From: Anthoceros angustus
Lineage: Eukaryota; Plantae; Anthocerotophyta
Assembly (NCBI GenBank): GCA_010909165.1
Contig: VJWM01000151.1
Span: 124,001 to 188,000, forward strand
Direction of reading: 5' to 3'
DNA length: 64,000 bases
Part shown: piece after piece, positions 24,664 to 39,014 of the stretch
Position numbering within the stretch: position 1 is the stretch's first letter
Layout of the letters: each line of letters opens with the position of its first letter
The notes under the pieces: generated by a model
What the model saw: the letters and a program-made list of their open reading frames with translations, nothing else
Told to the model about the DNA's origin: nothing
Database searches by the model: none
Program-made: the position numbers and the translations under genes

Positions 24664-25897
24664 TCAAGACGAATATGAGGAGGACATTTCTACTCAAGAG
24701 GTAAACCAATATGCCGAGGACATTTCTACGCATCTTGATCTAGGTACATTTTTATGAAGAAAAATGAATATGAGAACGAAGAATTTCTCTTAGAAGAAGT
24801 AAACCAATATGAGGAGAACTTAGATATTTTTATAGAGCAAGAAAATGAATATGAGAAAGATATTTTTATTGAAGAGGAAAACAAATATGAAGAAGGCGTC
24901 CTTAAGACATTCACTCAAGACATTCTTACTCCACAAGAAGATGAATATGAGGAACTATGGAATGCCATTTGCAACACGCCATATCTTTTTCACGTGAGAC
25001 GTAAGTGGCCGTGTGCTTCTCCATGCGGTCAAGCAAGGTCAATTAGGGCTCATCTCATCATGTACCTCGTCCGTGGTGATCAAGTCTCGTGAAACTAAGT
25101 GTGACAACATGAAGTGCACCAGCTCTTCATTTTGCTCGCTTTCAAATGTATGGCACATTGGTGAGGACTTTGATAAATTTTATCAAGTCTGCGCTCAAGC
25201 CTTTCACGGTCACATACATGGTGTGGGGCTTCCTAGCTCTTGGACTTCACTTTCTTTCCACAACATGTGTCCATTGCTCTCAAGGCGAATATGAGGAGGA
25301 CATTTCTACTCAAGAGGTAAACCAATATGCCGAGGACATTTCTACGCATCTTGGTCTAGGTACATTTTTATGAAGAAAAAATGAATATGAGAACGAAGAA
25401 TTTCTCTTAGAAGAAGTAAACCAATATGAGGAGAACTTAGATATTTTTATAGAGCAAGAAAATGAATATGAGAAAGATATTTTTATTGAAGAGGAAAACA
25501 AATATGAAGAAGGCGTCCTTAAGACATTCACTCAAGACATTCTTACTCCACAAGAAGATGAATATGAGGAACTATGGAATGCCATTTGCAACACGCCATA
25601 TCTTTTTCACGTGAGACGTAAGTGGCCGTGTGCTTCTCCATGCGGTCAAGCAAGGTCAATTAGGGCTCATCTCATCATGTACCTCGTCCGTGGTGATCAA
25701 GTCTCTGAAACTAAGTGTGACAACATGAAGTGCACCACTCTTCATTTTGCTCGCTTTCAAATGTATGGCACATTGGTGAGGACTTTGATAAATTTTATCA
25801 AGTCTGCGCTCAAGCCTTTCACGGTCACATACATGGTGTGGGGCTTCCTAGCTCTTGGACTTCACTTTCTTTCCACAACATGTGTCCATTGCTCTCC
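24664..25897. repeat. Internal tandem duplication (about 617 bp x2) in unit 2
   Basis: At about 25281 the sequence returns to ...caag.cgaatatgaggagg, first seen at 24664. Confidence 0.92.
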
Positions 25898-26928
25898 AAG
25901 GCTCGACGAGGCATCCTTAGGGCGACAATGATAACGGTGATCATGGTGACACCTCGATTGGTCCAGTGATCCTGTGGCACACCGTTTTCATACGTGAATC
26001 GAGCCACCAAAGCGTGCTCACATCCTCTAAAACCTACTTAGTCATGATATTGCAGGGGCCATAGATTTTAGATTCGAGCTTAGTTGCTTACACGGACCCT
26101 TGAGGTCCCTAGCTAGTGTTAGCCTTTGAAAGGTAGATGGGCTTACCCCATCTCTTCTCCTTTAATAAAAGCCCTTTTATTTTCTTCTCCATGCGGCATG
26201 TATTATTTGTTAGTTGCAAATATATTTACTATATATATCAAATTTTATATTTTTGTATTTAACTATTTAAGTTATAAAAATATAAAATACAAAGTATCGA
26301 TACTCACCTATAGGTGTGGGCCTTGTGCAAGCGTGTATCGACAATTAGGTGCTATGTACCAAGGGAAGAAGCTTCATACATGATGCCCATGTCATGGCCG
26401 GAAGGATGTGGTGGACATGTGGTGATTGTAGGATATGGTCGTGAGGAAAGGGTAAAGGGGCCCTAGATCATCATGCAGCTAGGCAGCAGGCATCACTCCA
26501 ATAGGACGTACATTCTCGGCCGGCCTCTTTAGATCAAGCGTTTGCCGATGGTGCGTTAGCTTCATGTATAAATTTGCAAATTTAAAGGAGCTTGGGCGAG
26601 GATCGCTTTGTTGGCAACTTTTGGTGCTAGATATGAGTGCGAAATGAGGGACTTGCACGATGCAAGCTCATGCCATCCCGAGGTCGCTCCATTCGTGAGC
26701 TCCACTCATATAGAGCAAGCACCTCGCGGTGGCCAGCCCTTGTTGCCTGGGCATAGCCGGCTATGCCATATCACCACACTCTTTGTGTTCATGCTGCGAA
26801 AACGTGGCGTGCCTCAAAGTTTGAGTTCACCACATTTTGCATACCCTACCCATACCCAAAGAATCAAGTCCATGTCATCATATCATTTGTGCCATGCTAT
26901 GAGAAACCTAACTGGCTGCATCGGCTGG

Positions 26929-29067
26929 AAATGACACCGTAAGAACCTAATTTGGCGTGCATTTTTAGTTGTCCATATTTTACCGCCACTCCGACTATGT
27001 TCCTACCTTCCCAAGACTCAAACTTTGTTCACTTTGTTGAGGCACTTTAGTTTTCATGCGTCGAAAAGGAAATAAAATAGTATTATATTATTTTTATTTT
27101 CTACAATTATTCAGCTATGGAATTCGAGCTGTGAATCAATGTATGTAAAATTTAAAGTAAAAAAAAGGTAAAGATACATTCGTGAAAATCGGACAAAAAT
27201 AGAGAGAACGTGGAGACTTTATAAATATGCAAGAGATAGGAAGTCCCCATCTACACCGGGTGATGGAACAACTCTCTCTGGACCTCGGGCCAAAGGGACT
27301 AGCCCCGTTGTCAACCTCGATTTAAGGGGACAAATAAGCAATGAAAGATACAACAAGATATAATTTCTTTCGGGATTACATTGTCCGTGGACTAAAAAGA
27401 TTTCTTTTCAAGAATCGCTATTTGATTTATCTATGTTGTAAGAATCGGTTTTGTATCTAAATTCTAGTATACTTATTTAGACTTTTGTCAAGTAGATCAT
27501 TTCTAGATGATGAACAAACATGAAAAATTTTGAACACCCCAAAATGGAAGTTGGTCCTTCTAGGCTTCATGTCCTCATGGGGTTGACAATTTCATCTTGA
27601 AACACAATTCTCCATCCATTGTAATTATATTGCGAGATAAGGTAATGTACACAACTCCTATCATCTTTTCCGTCTTTTCGATTTCTTAAGCTACAAAAAT
27701 GTAAATATATAAAGTCGCCAATTCCAAACACTTCCATTGACTAGGGGTGGAACAAGCGTGCAAATAGGCTTTGTATTGCAAAGTCCTCGTGATTAAACTT
27801 TCCCACTTGAGCGCTTGTTGGTTACGCTTGTAGATGGCGATAGAAAACTTCTTACCCCTTCTTTTACCATCCATACCATAAAAGTGTCCATTGTGGGCAA
27901 CAAATCCAATTTCCGTACTTCACCATATGGATGTAAATTTAAAGGCTCAAGAGGGTTTCCACTCATAAAGGTTTGCTGACTTGTAATTATCTCATTATCA
28001 AATGACACCGTAAGAACCTAATTTGACGTGCATTTTTAGTTGTCCATATTTTACCGCCACTCCGACTATGTTCCTACCTTCCACTCAAACTTTGTTCACT
28101 TTGTTGAGGCACTTTAGTTTTCATGCGTCGAAAAGGAAATAAAATAGTATTATATTATTTTTATTTCTACAATTATTCAGCTATGGAATTCGAGCTGTGA
28201 ATCAATGTATGTAAATTTAAAGTAAAAAAAAGGTAAAGATACATTCGTGAAAATGGACAAAAATAGAGAGAACGTGGAGACTTTATAAATATGCAAGAGA
28301 TAGGAAGTCCCCATCTACACCGGTGATGGAACAACTCTCTCTGGACCTCGGGCCAAAGGGACTAGCCCCGTTGTCAACCTCGATTTAAGGGGACAAATAA
28401 GCAATGAAAGATACAACAAGATATAATTTCTTTCGATTACATTGTCCGTGGACTAAAAAGATTTCTTTTCAAGAATCGCTATTTGATTTATCTATGTTGT
28501 AAGAATCGGTTTTGTATCTAAATTCTAGTATACTTATTTAGACTTTTGTCAAGTAGATCATTTCTAGATGATGAACAAACATGAAAAATTTTGAACACCC
28601 CAAAATGGAAGTTGGTCCTTCTAGGCTTCATGTCCTCATGGGGTTGACAATTTCATCTTGAAACACAATTCTCCATCCATTGTAATTATATTGCGAGATA
28701 AGGTAATGTACACAACTCCTATCATCTTTTCCGTCTTTTCGATTTCTTAAGCTACAAAAATGTAAATATATAAAGTCGCCAATTCCAAACACTTCCATTG
28801 ACTAGGGGTGGAACAACGTGCAAATAGGCTTTGTATTGCAAAGTCCTCGTGATTAAACTTTCCCACTTGAGCGCTTGTTGGTTACGCTTGTAGATGGCGA
28901 TAGAAAACTTCTTACCCCTTCTTTTACCATCCATACCATAAAAGTGTCCATTGTGGGCAACAAATCCAATTTCCGTACTTCACCATATGGATGTAAATTT
29001 AAAGGCTCAAGAGGGTTTCCACTCATAAAGGTTTGGACTTGTAATTATCTCATTATCAAATGACACC
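26929..29067. repeat. Internal tandem duplication (about 1071 bp x2) in unit 2
   Basis: Junction aaatgacacc at 28000-28009 equals 26929-26938. Confidence 0.92.
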
Positions 29068-32000
29068 AGCTCAAATAATACATCATAATTGTCGTCTACA
29101 ACATGTGCAATCAAAGTAATATTAACTCCGAATCTCGATAGCACAGCACTTACGATTACGTGAACATGTCACCTATGTTTCTTTTTGGTTGAATTCTTGA
29201 ACCGTCCATTGACCTATGGCTAAAGAATATACATATAAATGAAACATGTCACGTGAATCATCGTCCAGCTCATGCGCTAGAAATAATAAAAATGATCACT
29301 TTCCTCCTCATCAACAACTAGCACTAGCTTCTCGAGTGGTGGAAGCGGGTCCCAAATATCCGAATCTAAATCTAAATGCGAATATGAATTTCATCCATAT
29401 ATAAGGTGTCGACATACTAGTTCAACTTTGAAATCGTATCCCATATCACTTCTCGCCTAACCTTTGAAAAGATATTGATAATACAAATCCGCATCACCCA
29501 ACTATTTGGATCCTTCGATGATTTTGTTTCCTTCATAATGTATTTACGACCATGACACCAGCTCAAATAATACATCATAATTGTTGTCCATTAACTAGTT
29601 TAGGTACTCGGTGGAAATAAATGAAAGTAAAATCTTGCTTGGTAGGCCTCGTTGCATTGCGGCACACAAATTAGCAATACTTTCATCATTCGTACACTTG
29701 AAGATAACCTTGAGTTATTCATGGAGTGAGCGTGCAACGCAAAAGTTTGGGTCCCTTTGTCATTTTGATCCGATTCGGTTCATTTTGGTTCAATCTTTAT
29801 TCAAAGTGATCGTGAGTAGTAACGAGTGTTTCTTCTTGAGCCATCCAGAAAGTTAGGGACAAGGGTAGGAATTTGGAAGTTTCTCAAGCCTAGATAGATG
29901 AGCGGGTAGGGTAGAATCTTGCCCCATAGACTATATGTGCAAAGGGAATTAGTGATTGATTTGGAACCCCTAGTTTAAGTAGCGATAAAATAGGAATGTA
30001 TGTTTGGGCGGTGCTTAAAGGGCGCTTGGAAGTTCTTGGGCACATAGTTGGAAGGAGCTAGGAGCTGCAAGGAGTGTGTCTTTGGAAGTAGCAGGCTAAT
30101 TGTAAGGCATGCAAGTTGGAAGAGGCGGCGTTGTCGTGGGTGTGCGAGGCAAGAGCTCAACTTTTGGAGCTAAGGTGTGGAGAAGCCAAGATAGAGTCAT
30201 CACGGAAGTTGGGATTTTGGGAGAAATTTGTGCCTTGTGAGCTAAGCGTGAGGCCATGAACTGGAGCTTGTGATTAGTGGAACTTAGGAGGTGATGACCT
30301 TGCAATGTGAGAAGTGGAGTCTGGTTGTGGGCTACGAAGGGTGTGAATTGTGAAGAAGGCAAGCCTTTGCCTTTTGCTCGCACAACCAAGCTGGCGGAAT
30401 TGACATGATTACGAGGTGTGGTCTGCAAATGCTAGGAGGGGCCTAGGTCTTGTTTGGCAAGCACGGTTATGAGTGAGCTTTGGGGATCCGGCTGCAACAT
30501 GGTGAAGGAATCGCGATGGGGATTCACTTGAGGAAGGCGAAATTTGTATTTGGGCTGCAAGCAAATGTGAAAGGGGCCATCGTGGTGGCCGCTCGAGAAT
30601 TGGGCAGCGAGGTCAATCAAGGGAGATTTGGCGGAGGAGTTCACTAAGGAGAAATGTTGCTAAGGAGGTTGGTGAGGAGCTCGCTAGGGAACGAGTACCA
30701 TATATTCAAGGTGTGTGATGTGCTCGAGGGAGCTTGGGTGTGTTGGACATGAGCATGTAAGAACTCCAGAATTCAGCATCCTTGGGGGTAGGATGTTGTT
30801 CCCTACCCATGTTGAAGAGCATAGGGGGCCATGCTCGGCTTGGAGGGAACGTTCTCTTAGGGAGATGTGCCCTTAGGGAGATGTGGTCTCCCTATTCTTT
30901 GACACGCATCACAGCTCCTGATAAATTTCCATGTCCCTTTGCATAGTGGACCACCAAAAGCCTGCGTCAAAATCTTCTTCGATGCGAATAATGTCCCCCG
31001 CCTCCTTAGTATGTAGAGGGCCTCCGCCACCACGCAATTTGTTCGCCTCCAAACACCTTGAACTACTTTGTCTAGTCCTAGCTTATAGAGGATTCCTTTC
31101 CTCGAGACAATATGGTCGCCTTATGCACGAATCTGACTTTTCCTTCTCGTGATAATCCGGTTGGTATCCGTCCCTAGTTGTGCCCCATCTCGATGTGCGC
31201 CACGTGTCCTCCTCGATGATCCCGATCATCAAATCTCATCTTCTATATACGATATAAGCGACATGTATATATAGCCCTCTGCGTGACATTCGAAATTGAA
31301 CCCCCTCCCGCCCCAATTCCAAGGAAGTTATCCTCCTTGGCTCATGAAATGCATGGCTCTATCTCATATCCTTTCTACCATGGTCTCGACAAGGAACTTT
31401 CTACCAAACCCCAAAGGCCAAGGACTTCCTACCGCTTGGATATTTATAGTCAAGTCCAAGGAACTTTGTTTCTGATGTCATAATAGACCCCTAATTCCCC
31501 TATATGTGTATCAAATGGGTTTTCTAACATATCCTACTCTCGCCTCCTTTCTACCCGTTAACGGCTAAGTCTAGGACATCCTCAGTTCTCTCAATTAACC
31601 AAGTCCGGACCACCTACGGACGTCCTCTGAGCGACTTACCTACTATCTACCTTCCGTCTCGAAACTCGATTACGCTAGCTCGGACGCCTACAAATCCCCT
31701 ACTTCCTACGAATTGTAGTCATCCTCCCTTCATCCATCGCAAAAACTTCCCTACCGTAACCTTGCCTTGGTCCCCAAATTGTCTCGTGTTTTGCCAAAAC
31801 TTAGCTGACCAAACTTTTCCGTTCCACAAACTTTTAAAAGCTTGTTTGAAAAGTTTGACAAAGTGCTTCTTTGTCCTCTTGATAAACCGTAGAATCAAGT
31901 TATATCTTTTACGATTATGATGACCTTAAACAATTCCAATCACTTGGAGATACAAGTCACAAGAACTTGTTCGCAACTAATTTAAAAGAAGGCCAAAATT

Positions 32001-33647
32001 GCTCAAAATCATCTCACAAGATCTCTTCTATCTCATCTTCTATATATGCGTTAGGTCATCTTTGTAAAAGATGCACAGACTTTGGTCAAGAGGATCATTG
32101 AAACAAATGTTTTGCAATTGCAAGTAGACTTTAAATTGATTCCTTTCACGACGAGAAATCGAAGTAACCTGCACTATATATTGGGGAAGTCCTTCAAAAT
32201 GTCGCTATATTTTCAAACTAGATCCCTTGTGGAGCAACAAAATTAGAGCCATACTTCCAAAACATCTTGGAATTGAGTGTGGCGACTTCCTTGTTGACGA
32301 CGAAGACATTCTTAGTACAAAAGACAATTATGAGGGAATTTTTCTAAGTGATGAAGATTATGTAGAAGAAGAAGAAGAAGAAGATTATGTAGAAGAAGAA
32401 GAAGATTATGTAGAAGAAGAAGAAGAAGAAGATTATGTAGAAGAAGAAGAAGAAGAAGATTATGTAGAAGAAGAAGAAGAAGAAGATTATGTAGAAGAAG
32501 AAGAAGATTATGTAGAAAATGAGGAAGAGGAAGAGGAAAATGAGTATGAGCATAATAGTTCAATGACAAAGAAAGCAAATATGAGCAAGACATTCATCTT
32601 GATGTGGAAGACATGAAAAAATCGTCCAAGGTCCAAGGTATGAAGAAATTGAATGTAGCAACTCCTTCACTAATGACGAAGATATTCTTGGTGAGGATGA
32701 AGATGATGATGAGGAATATTTCTAAGCGAAGAGGAAGAAGATTATGCAAAAATATTTTTGCTGAAGAGGGAATAACTATAAGGAAAATGATGAAGAAAAG
32801 AATATAAAGAAGATGAAGAAGAAACTACTACAAGGAAAATGAAGAAGAAATCGATTATAACGACAAGCATATTTTTAGTGAAGAACACGAATATGAGCAA
32901 TACATTTTACTCAAGACGAATATGAGGAGGACATTTCTACTCAAGAGGTAAACCAATATGCGAGGACATTTCTACGCATCTTGATCTAGGTACATTTTTA
33001 TGAAGAAAAAATGAATATGAGGAGGACATTTCTACTCAAGAGGTAAACCAATATGAGGAGGACATTTCTACGCATCTTGATCTAGGTACATTTTTATGAA
33101 GAAAAAATGAATATGAGAACGAAGAATTTCTCTTAGAAGAAGTAAACCAATATGAGGAGAACTTAGATATTTTTATAGAGCAAGAAAATGAATATGAGAA
33201 AGATATTTTTATTGAAGAGGAAAACAAATATGAAGAAGACGTCCTTAAGACATTCACTCAAGACATTCTTACTCCACAAGAAGATGAATATGAGGAACTA
33301 TGGAATGCCATTTGCAACACGCCATATCTTTTTCACGTGAGGCGTAAGTGGCCGTGTGCTTCTCCATGCGGTCAAGCAAGGTCAATTAGGGCTCATCTCA
33401 TCATGTACCTCGTCCGTGGTGATCAAGTCTCGTGAAACTAAGTGTGACAACATGAAGTGCACCAGCTCTTCATTTTGCTCGCTTTCAAAATGTATGGCAC
33501 ATTGGTGAGGACTTTGATAAATTTATCAAGTCTTTGCGCTCAAGCCTTTCACGGTCACATACATGGTGTGGGGCTTCCTAGCTCTTGGACTTCACAGCTT
33601 TCTTTCCACAACATGTGTCCATTGCTCTCAAGCGCGCATCGAGGCAT

Positions 33648-35850
33648 CCTTAGGGCGACAATGATAATAGGTGATCATGGTGACACCTCGATTGGTCCAG
33701 TGATCCTGTGGCACACCGTTTTCATCGTGAATCGAGCCACCAAAGCGTGCTCACATCCTCTAAAACCTACTTAGTCATGATATTGCGAGCCATAGATTTT
33801 AGATTCGAGCTTAGTTGCTTGGCTTACACGGACCCTTGAGGTCCCTAGCTAGTGTTAGCCTTTGAAAGGTAGATGGGCTTACCCCATCTCTTCTCCTTTA
33901 ATAAAAGCCCTTTTATTTTCTTCTCCATGCGGCATGTATTATTTGTTACTTGCAAATATATTTACTATATATATCAAATTTTATATTTTTGTATTTAACT
34001 ATTTAAGTTATAAAAATATAAAATACAAAGTATCGATACTCACCTATAGGTGTGGGCCTTGTGTAGCGTGTCTTGTCGACAATTAGGTGCTATGTACCAA
34101 GGGAAGAAGCTTCATACATGATGCCCATGTCTATGGCCGGGAAGGATGTGGTGGACATGTGGTGATTGTAGGATATGGTCGAGGAAAGGGTAAAGGGGCC
34201 CTAGATCATCATGCAGCTAGGCAGCAGGCATCACTCCAATAGGACGTACATTCGTCGTGACCTCTTTAGATCAAGCGTTTGCCGGCATGGTGCGATTAGC
34301 TTCATGTATAAATTTGCAAATTTAAAGGAGCTTGGGCGAGGATCGCTTTGTTGGCAACTTTTGGTGCTAGATATGAGTGCGAAATGAGGGACTTGCGATG
34401 CAAGCTCATGCCATCCCGAGGTCGCTCCATTCGTGAGCTCCACTCATATAGAGCAAGCACCTCGGCGGTGGCCTTGTTGCCGTGGGCATAGCGGCTATGC
34501 CATATCACCACACTCTTTGTGTTCATGCTGCGGCGTGGCGTGCCTCAAAGTTTGAGTTCACCACATTTTGCATACCCTACCCATACCCAATCGGACTCCA
34601 TGTCATCATATCATTTGTGCCATGCTATGAGAAACCTAACTGGCCCATCGGCTGGAAATGACAGTAAGAACCTAATTTGACGTGCATTTTTAGTTGTCCA
34701 TATTTTACCGCCACTCCGACTATGTTCCTACCTTAGGACGACAATGATAATAGGTGATCATGGTGACACCTCGATTGGTCCAGTGATCCTGTGGCACACC
34801 GCTTTCATCGTGAATCGAGCCACCAAAGCGTGCTCACATCCTCTAAAACCTACTTAGTCATGATATTGCAGGAGCCATAGATTTTAGATTGAGCTTAGTT
34901 GCTTACACGGACCCTTGAGGTCCCTAGCTAGTGTTAGCCTTTGAAAGGTAGATGGCTTACCCCATCTCTTCTCCTTTAATAAAAGCCCTTTTATTTTCTT
35001 CTCCATGCGGCATGTATTATTTGTTACTTGCAAATATATTTACTATATATATTAAATTTTATATTTTTGTATTTAACTATTTAAGTTATAAAAATATAAA
35101 ATACAAAGTATCGATACTCACCTATAGGTGTGGGCCTTGTGTAGCGTGTCTTGTCGACAATTAGGTGCTATGTACCAAGGGAAGAAGCTTCATACATGAT
35201 GCCCATGTCATGGCCGGGAAGGATGTGGTGGACATGTGGTGATTGTAGGATATGGTCACAGGAAAGGGTAAAGGGGCCCTAGATCATCATGCAGCTAGGC
35301 AGCAGGCATCACTCCAATAGGACGTACATTCGTGACCTCTTTAGATCAAGCGTTTGCCAGCATGGTGCAGTTAGCTTCATGTATAAATTTGCAAATTTAA
35401 AGGAGCTTGGGCGAGGATCGCTTTGTTGGCAACTTTTTGGTGCTAGATATGAGTGCGAAATGAGGGACTTGCACGATGCAAGCTCATGCCATCCTGAGGC
35501 TGCTCCATTCGTGAGCTCCACTCATATAGAGCAAGCACCTCTTGCAGCTGGCCAGCCCTTGTTGCCAGTGGGCATAGCCGGCTATGCTATCGAGGCAATC
35601 CATATCACCACACTCTTTGTGTTCATGCTGCGAAAAACGTGGCGTGCCTCAAAGTTTGAGTTCACCACATTTTGCGTACCCCTACCCATACCCAGCAATC
35701 ACCACCGTCCATGTCATCATATCATTTGTGCCATGCTATGAGAAACCTAACCTGGCCTGCATCGGCTGGAAATGACACCGTAAGAACCTAATTTGACGTG
35801 CATTTTTTAGTTGTCCATATTTTACCGCCACTCCGACTATGTTCCTACCT
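33648..35850. repeat. Internal tandem duplication (about 1083 bp x2) in unit 3
   Basis: Junction ccttag at 34731 returns to 33648. Confidence 0.9.
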
Positions 35851-37319
35851 TCCTTAGACTCAAACTTTGTTCACTTTGTTGAGGCACTTTAGTTTTCATG
35901 CGTCGAAAAGGAAATAAAATAGTATTATATTATTTTTATTTTCTACAATTATTCAGCTATGGAATTCGAGCTGTGAATCAATGTATGTAAAATTTAAAGT
36001 AAAAAAAAGGTAAAGATACATTCGTGAAAAATCGGACAAAAATAGAGAGAACGTGGAGACTTTATAAATATGCAAGAGATAGGAAGTCCCCATCTACAGG
36101 GTGATGGAACAACTCTCTGGACCTCGGGCCAAAGGGGACTAGCCCCGTTGTCAACCTCGATTTAAGGGGACAAATAAGCAATGAAAGATACAACAAGATA
36201 TAATTTCTTTCAGGATTACATTGTCCGTGGACTAAAAAGATTTCTTTTCAAGAATCGCTATTTGATTTATCTATGTTGTAAGAATCGGTTTTGTATCTAA
36301 ATTCTAGTATACTTATTTAGACTTTTGTCAAGTAGATCATTTCTAGATGATGAACAAACATGAAAAATTTTGAACACCCCAAAATGGAAGTTGGTCCTTC
36401 TAGGCTTCATGTCCTCATGGGGTTGACAATTTCATCTTGAAACACAATTCTCCATCCATTGTAAATTATATTGAGATAAGGTAATGTACACAACTCCTAT
36501 CATCTTTTCCGTCTTTTCGATTTCTTAACTGTACAAAAAATGTAAATATATAAAGTCGCCAATTCCAAACACTTCCATTGACTAGGGGTGGAACAACGTG
36601 CAAATAGGCTTTGTATTGCAAAGTCCTCGTGATTAAACTTTCCCACTTGAGCGCTTGTTGGTTACGCTTGTAGATGGCGATAGAAAACTTCTTACCCTTC
36701 TTTTACCATCCATACCATAAAAGTGTCCATTGTGGGCAACAAATCCAATTTCCGTACTTCACCATATGGATGTAAATTTAAAGGCTCAAGAGGGTTTCCA
36801 CTCATAAAGGTTTGCTGACTTGTAATTATCTCATTATCAAATGACACCAGCTCAAATAATACATCATAATTGTCGTCTACAACATGTGCAATCAAAGTAA
36901 TATTAACTCCGAATCTCGATAGCACAGCACTTACGATTCTGATGAACATGTCACCTATGTTTCTTTTTGGTTGAATTCTTGAACCGTCCATTGACCTATG
37001 GCTAAAGAATATACATATAAATGAAACATGTCACGTGAATCATCGTCCAGCTCATGCGCTAGAAATAATAAAAATGATCACTTTCCTCCTCATCAACAAC
37101 TAGCACTAGCTTCTCGAGTGGTGGAAGCCGGGTCCCAAATATCCGAATCTAAATCTAAATGCGAATATGAATTTCATCCATATATAAGGTGTCGACATAC
37201 TAGTTCAACTTTGAAATCGTATCCCATATCACTTCTCGCCTAACCTTTGAAAAGATATTGATAATACAAATCGCATCACCCAACTATTTGGATCCTTGAT
37301 GATTTTGTTTCCTTCATAA

Positions 37320-39014
37320 TGTATTTACGACCATGACACCGACCCCCAACGCTGCAAATATCCATCATTGTTGTCCATTAACTAGTTTAGGTACTCGGTG
37401 GAAATAAATGAAAGTAAAATCTTGCTTGGTAGGCCTCGTTGCATTGCGGCACACAAATTAGCAATACTTTCATCATTCGCGGTACACTTGAAGATAACCT
37501 TGAGTTATTCATGGAGTGAGCGTGCAACGCAAAAGTTTGGGTCCCTTTGTCATTTTGATCCGATTCGGTTCATTTTGGTTCAATCTTTATTCAAAGTGAT
37601 CGGTGAGTAATGTGAGTGTTTCTTCTTGAGCCATCCAGAAAGTTAGGGACAAGGGTAGGAATTTGGAAGTTTCTCAAGCCTAGATAGATGAGCGGGTAGG
37701 GTAGAATCTTGCCCCATAGACTATATGTGCAAAGGGAATTAGTGATTGATTTGGAACCCCTAGTTTAAGTAGCGATAAAATAGGAATGTATGTTTGGTGG
37801 AGCGGTGCTTAAAGGCGGCTTGGAAGTTCTTGGGCACATAGTTGGAAGGAGCTAGGAGCTGCAAGGAGTGTGTCTTTGGAAGTAGCAGGCTAATTGTAAG
37901 GCATGCAAGTTGGAAGAGGCGTTGTCGTGGGTGTCTGAGGCAAGAGCTCAACTTTTGGAGCTAAGGTGTGGAGAAGCCAAGATAGAGTCGTCACGGAAGT
38001 TGGGATTTTGGGAGAAATTTGTGCCTTGTGAGCTAAGCGTGAGGCCATGAACTGGAGCTTGTGATTAGTGGAACTTAGGAGGTGATGACCTTGCAATGTG
38101 AGAAGTGGAGTCTGGTTGTGGGCTCTGAAGGGTGTGAATTGTGAAGAAGGCAAGCCTTTGCCTTTTGCTCGCACAACCAAGCTGGCGGAATTGACATGAT
38201 TACGAGGTGTGGTGCTGCAAATGCTAGGAGGGGCCTAGGTCTTGTTTGGCAAGCACGGTTATGAGTGAGCTTTGGGGATCCGGCTGCAACATGGTGAAGG
38301 AATCGCGATGGGGATTCACTTGAGGAAGGCGAAATTTGTATTTGGGCTGCAAGCAAATGTGAAAGGGGCCATCGTGGTGGCCGCTCGAGAATTGGGCAGC
38401 GAGGTCAATCAAGGGAGATTTGGCGGAGGAGTTCACTAAGGAGAAATGTTGCTAAGGAGGTTGGTGAGGAGCTCGCTAGGCAGTACCATATATTCAAGGT
38501 GTGTGATGTGCTCGAGGGAGCTTGGGTGTGTTGGACATGAGCATGTAAGAACTCGAATTGATCCTTGGGGTAGGATGTTGTTCCCTACCCATGTTGAAGA
38601 GCATAGGGGCCATGCTCGGCTTGGAGGGAACGTTCTCTTAGGGAGATGTGCCCTTAGGGAGATGTGGTCTCCCTATCCTTTGACACGCATCACAGCTCCT
38701 GATAAATTTCCATGTCCCTTTGCATAGTGGACCACCAAAAGCCTGCAGTCAAAATCTTCTTCGCAGTCACTTGTGCAGAATAATGTCCCCCCGCCTCCTT
38801 AGTATGTAGAGGGCCTCCGCCACCACGCAATTTGTTCGCCTCCAAACACCTTGAACTACTTTGTCTAGTCCTAGCTTATAGAGGATTCCTTTCCTCGACA
38901 ATATGGTGCGCCTTATGCACGACACTTCTCGCCTAACCTTTGAAAAGATATTGATAATACAAATCCGCATCACCCAACTATTTGGATCCTTCGATGATTT
39001 TGTTTCCTTCATAA
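37320..39014. repeat. Deleted array unit (about 1.7 kb)
   Basis: At about 38922 the gypsy segment (ccttatgcacga) jumps to the end of the F-box-like segment (cacttctcgcctaacc), skipping about 5 kb. Confidence 0.9.

Noticed and set aside
26515-26545. U2 snRNA-like ctcggcc...agatcaag
   Set aside because: Only a short match. There is no branch-site or Sm-site sequence, and other units differ.
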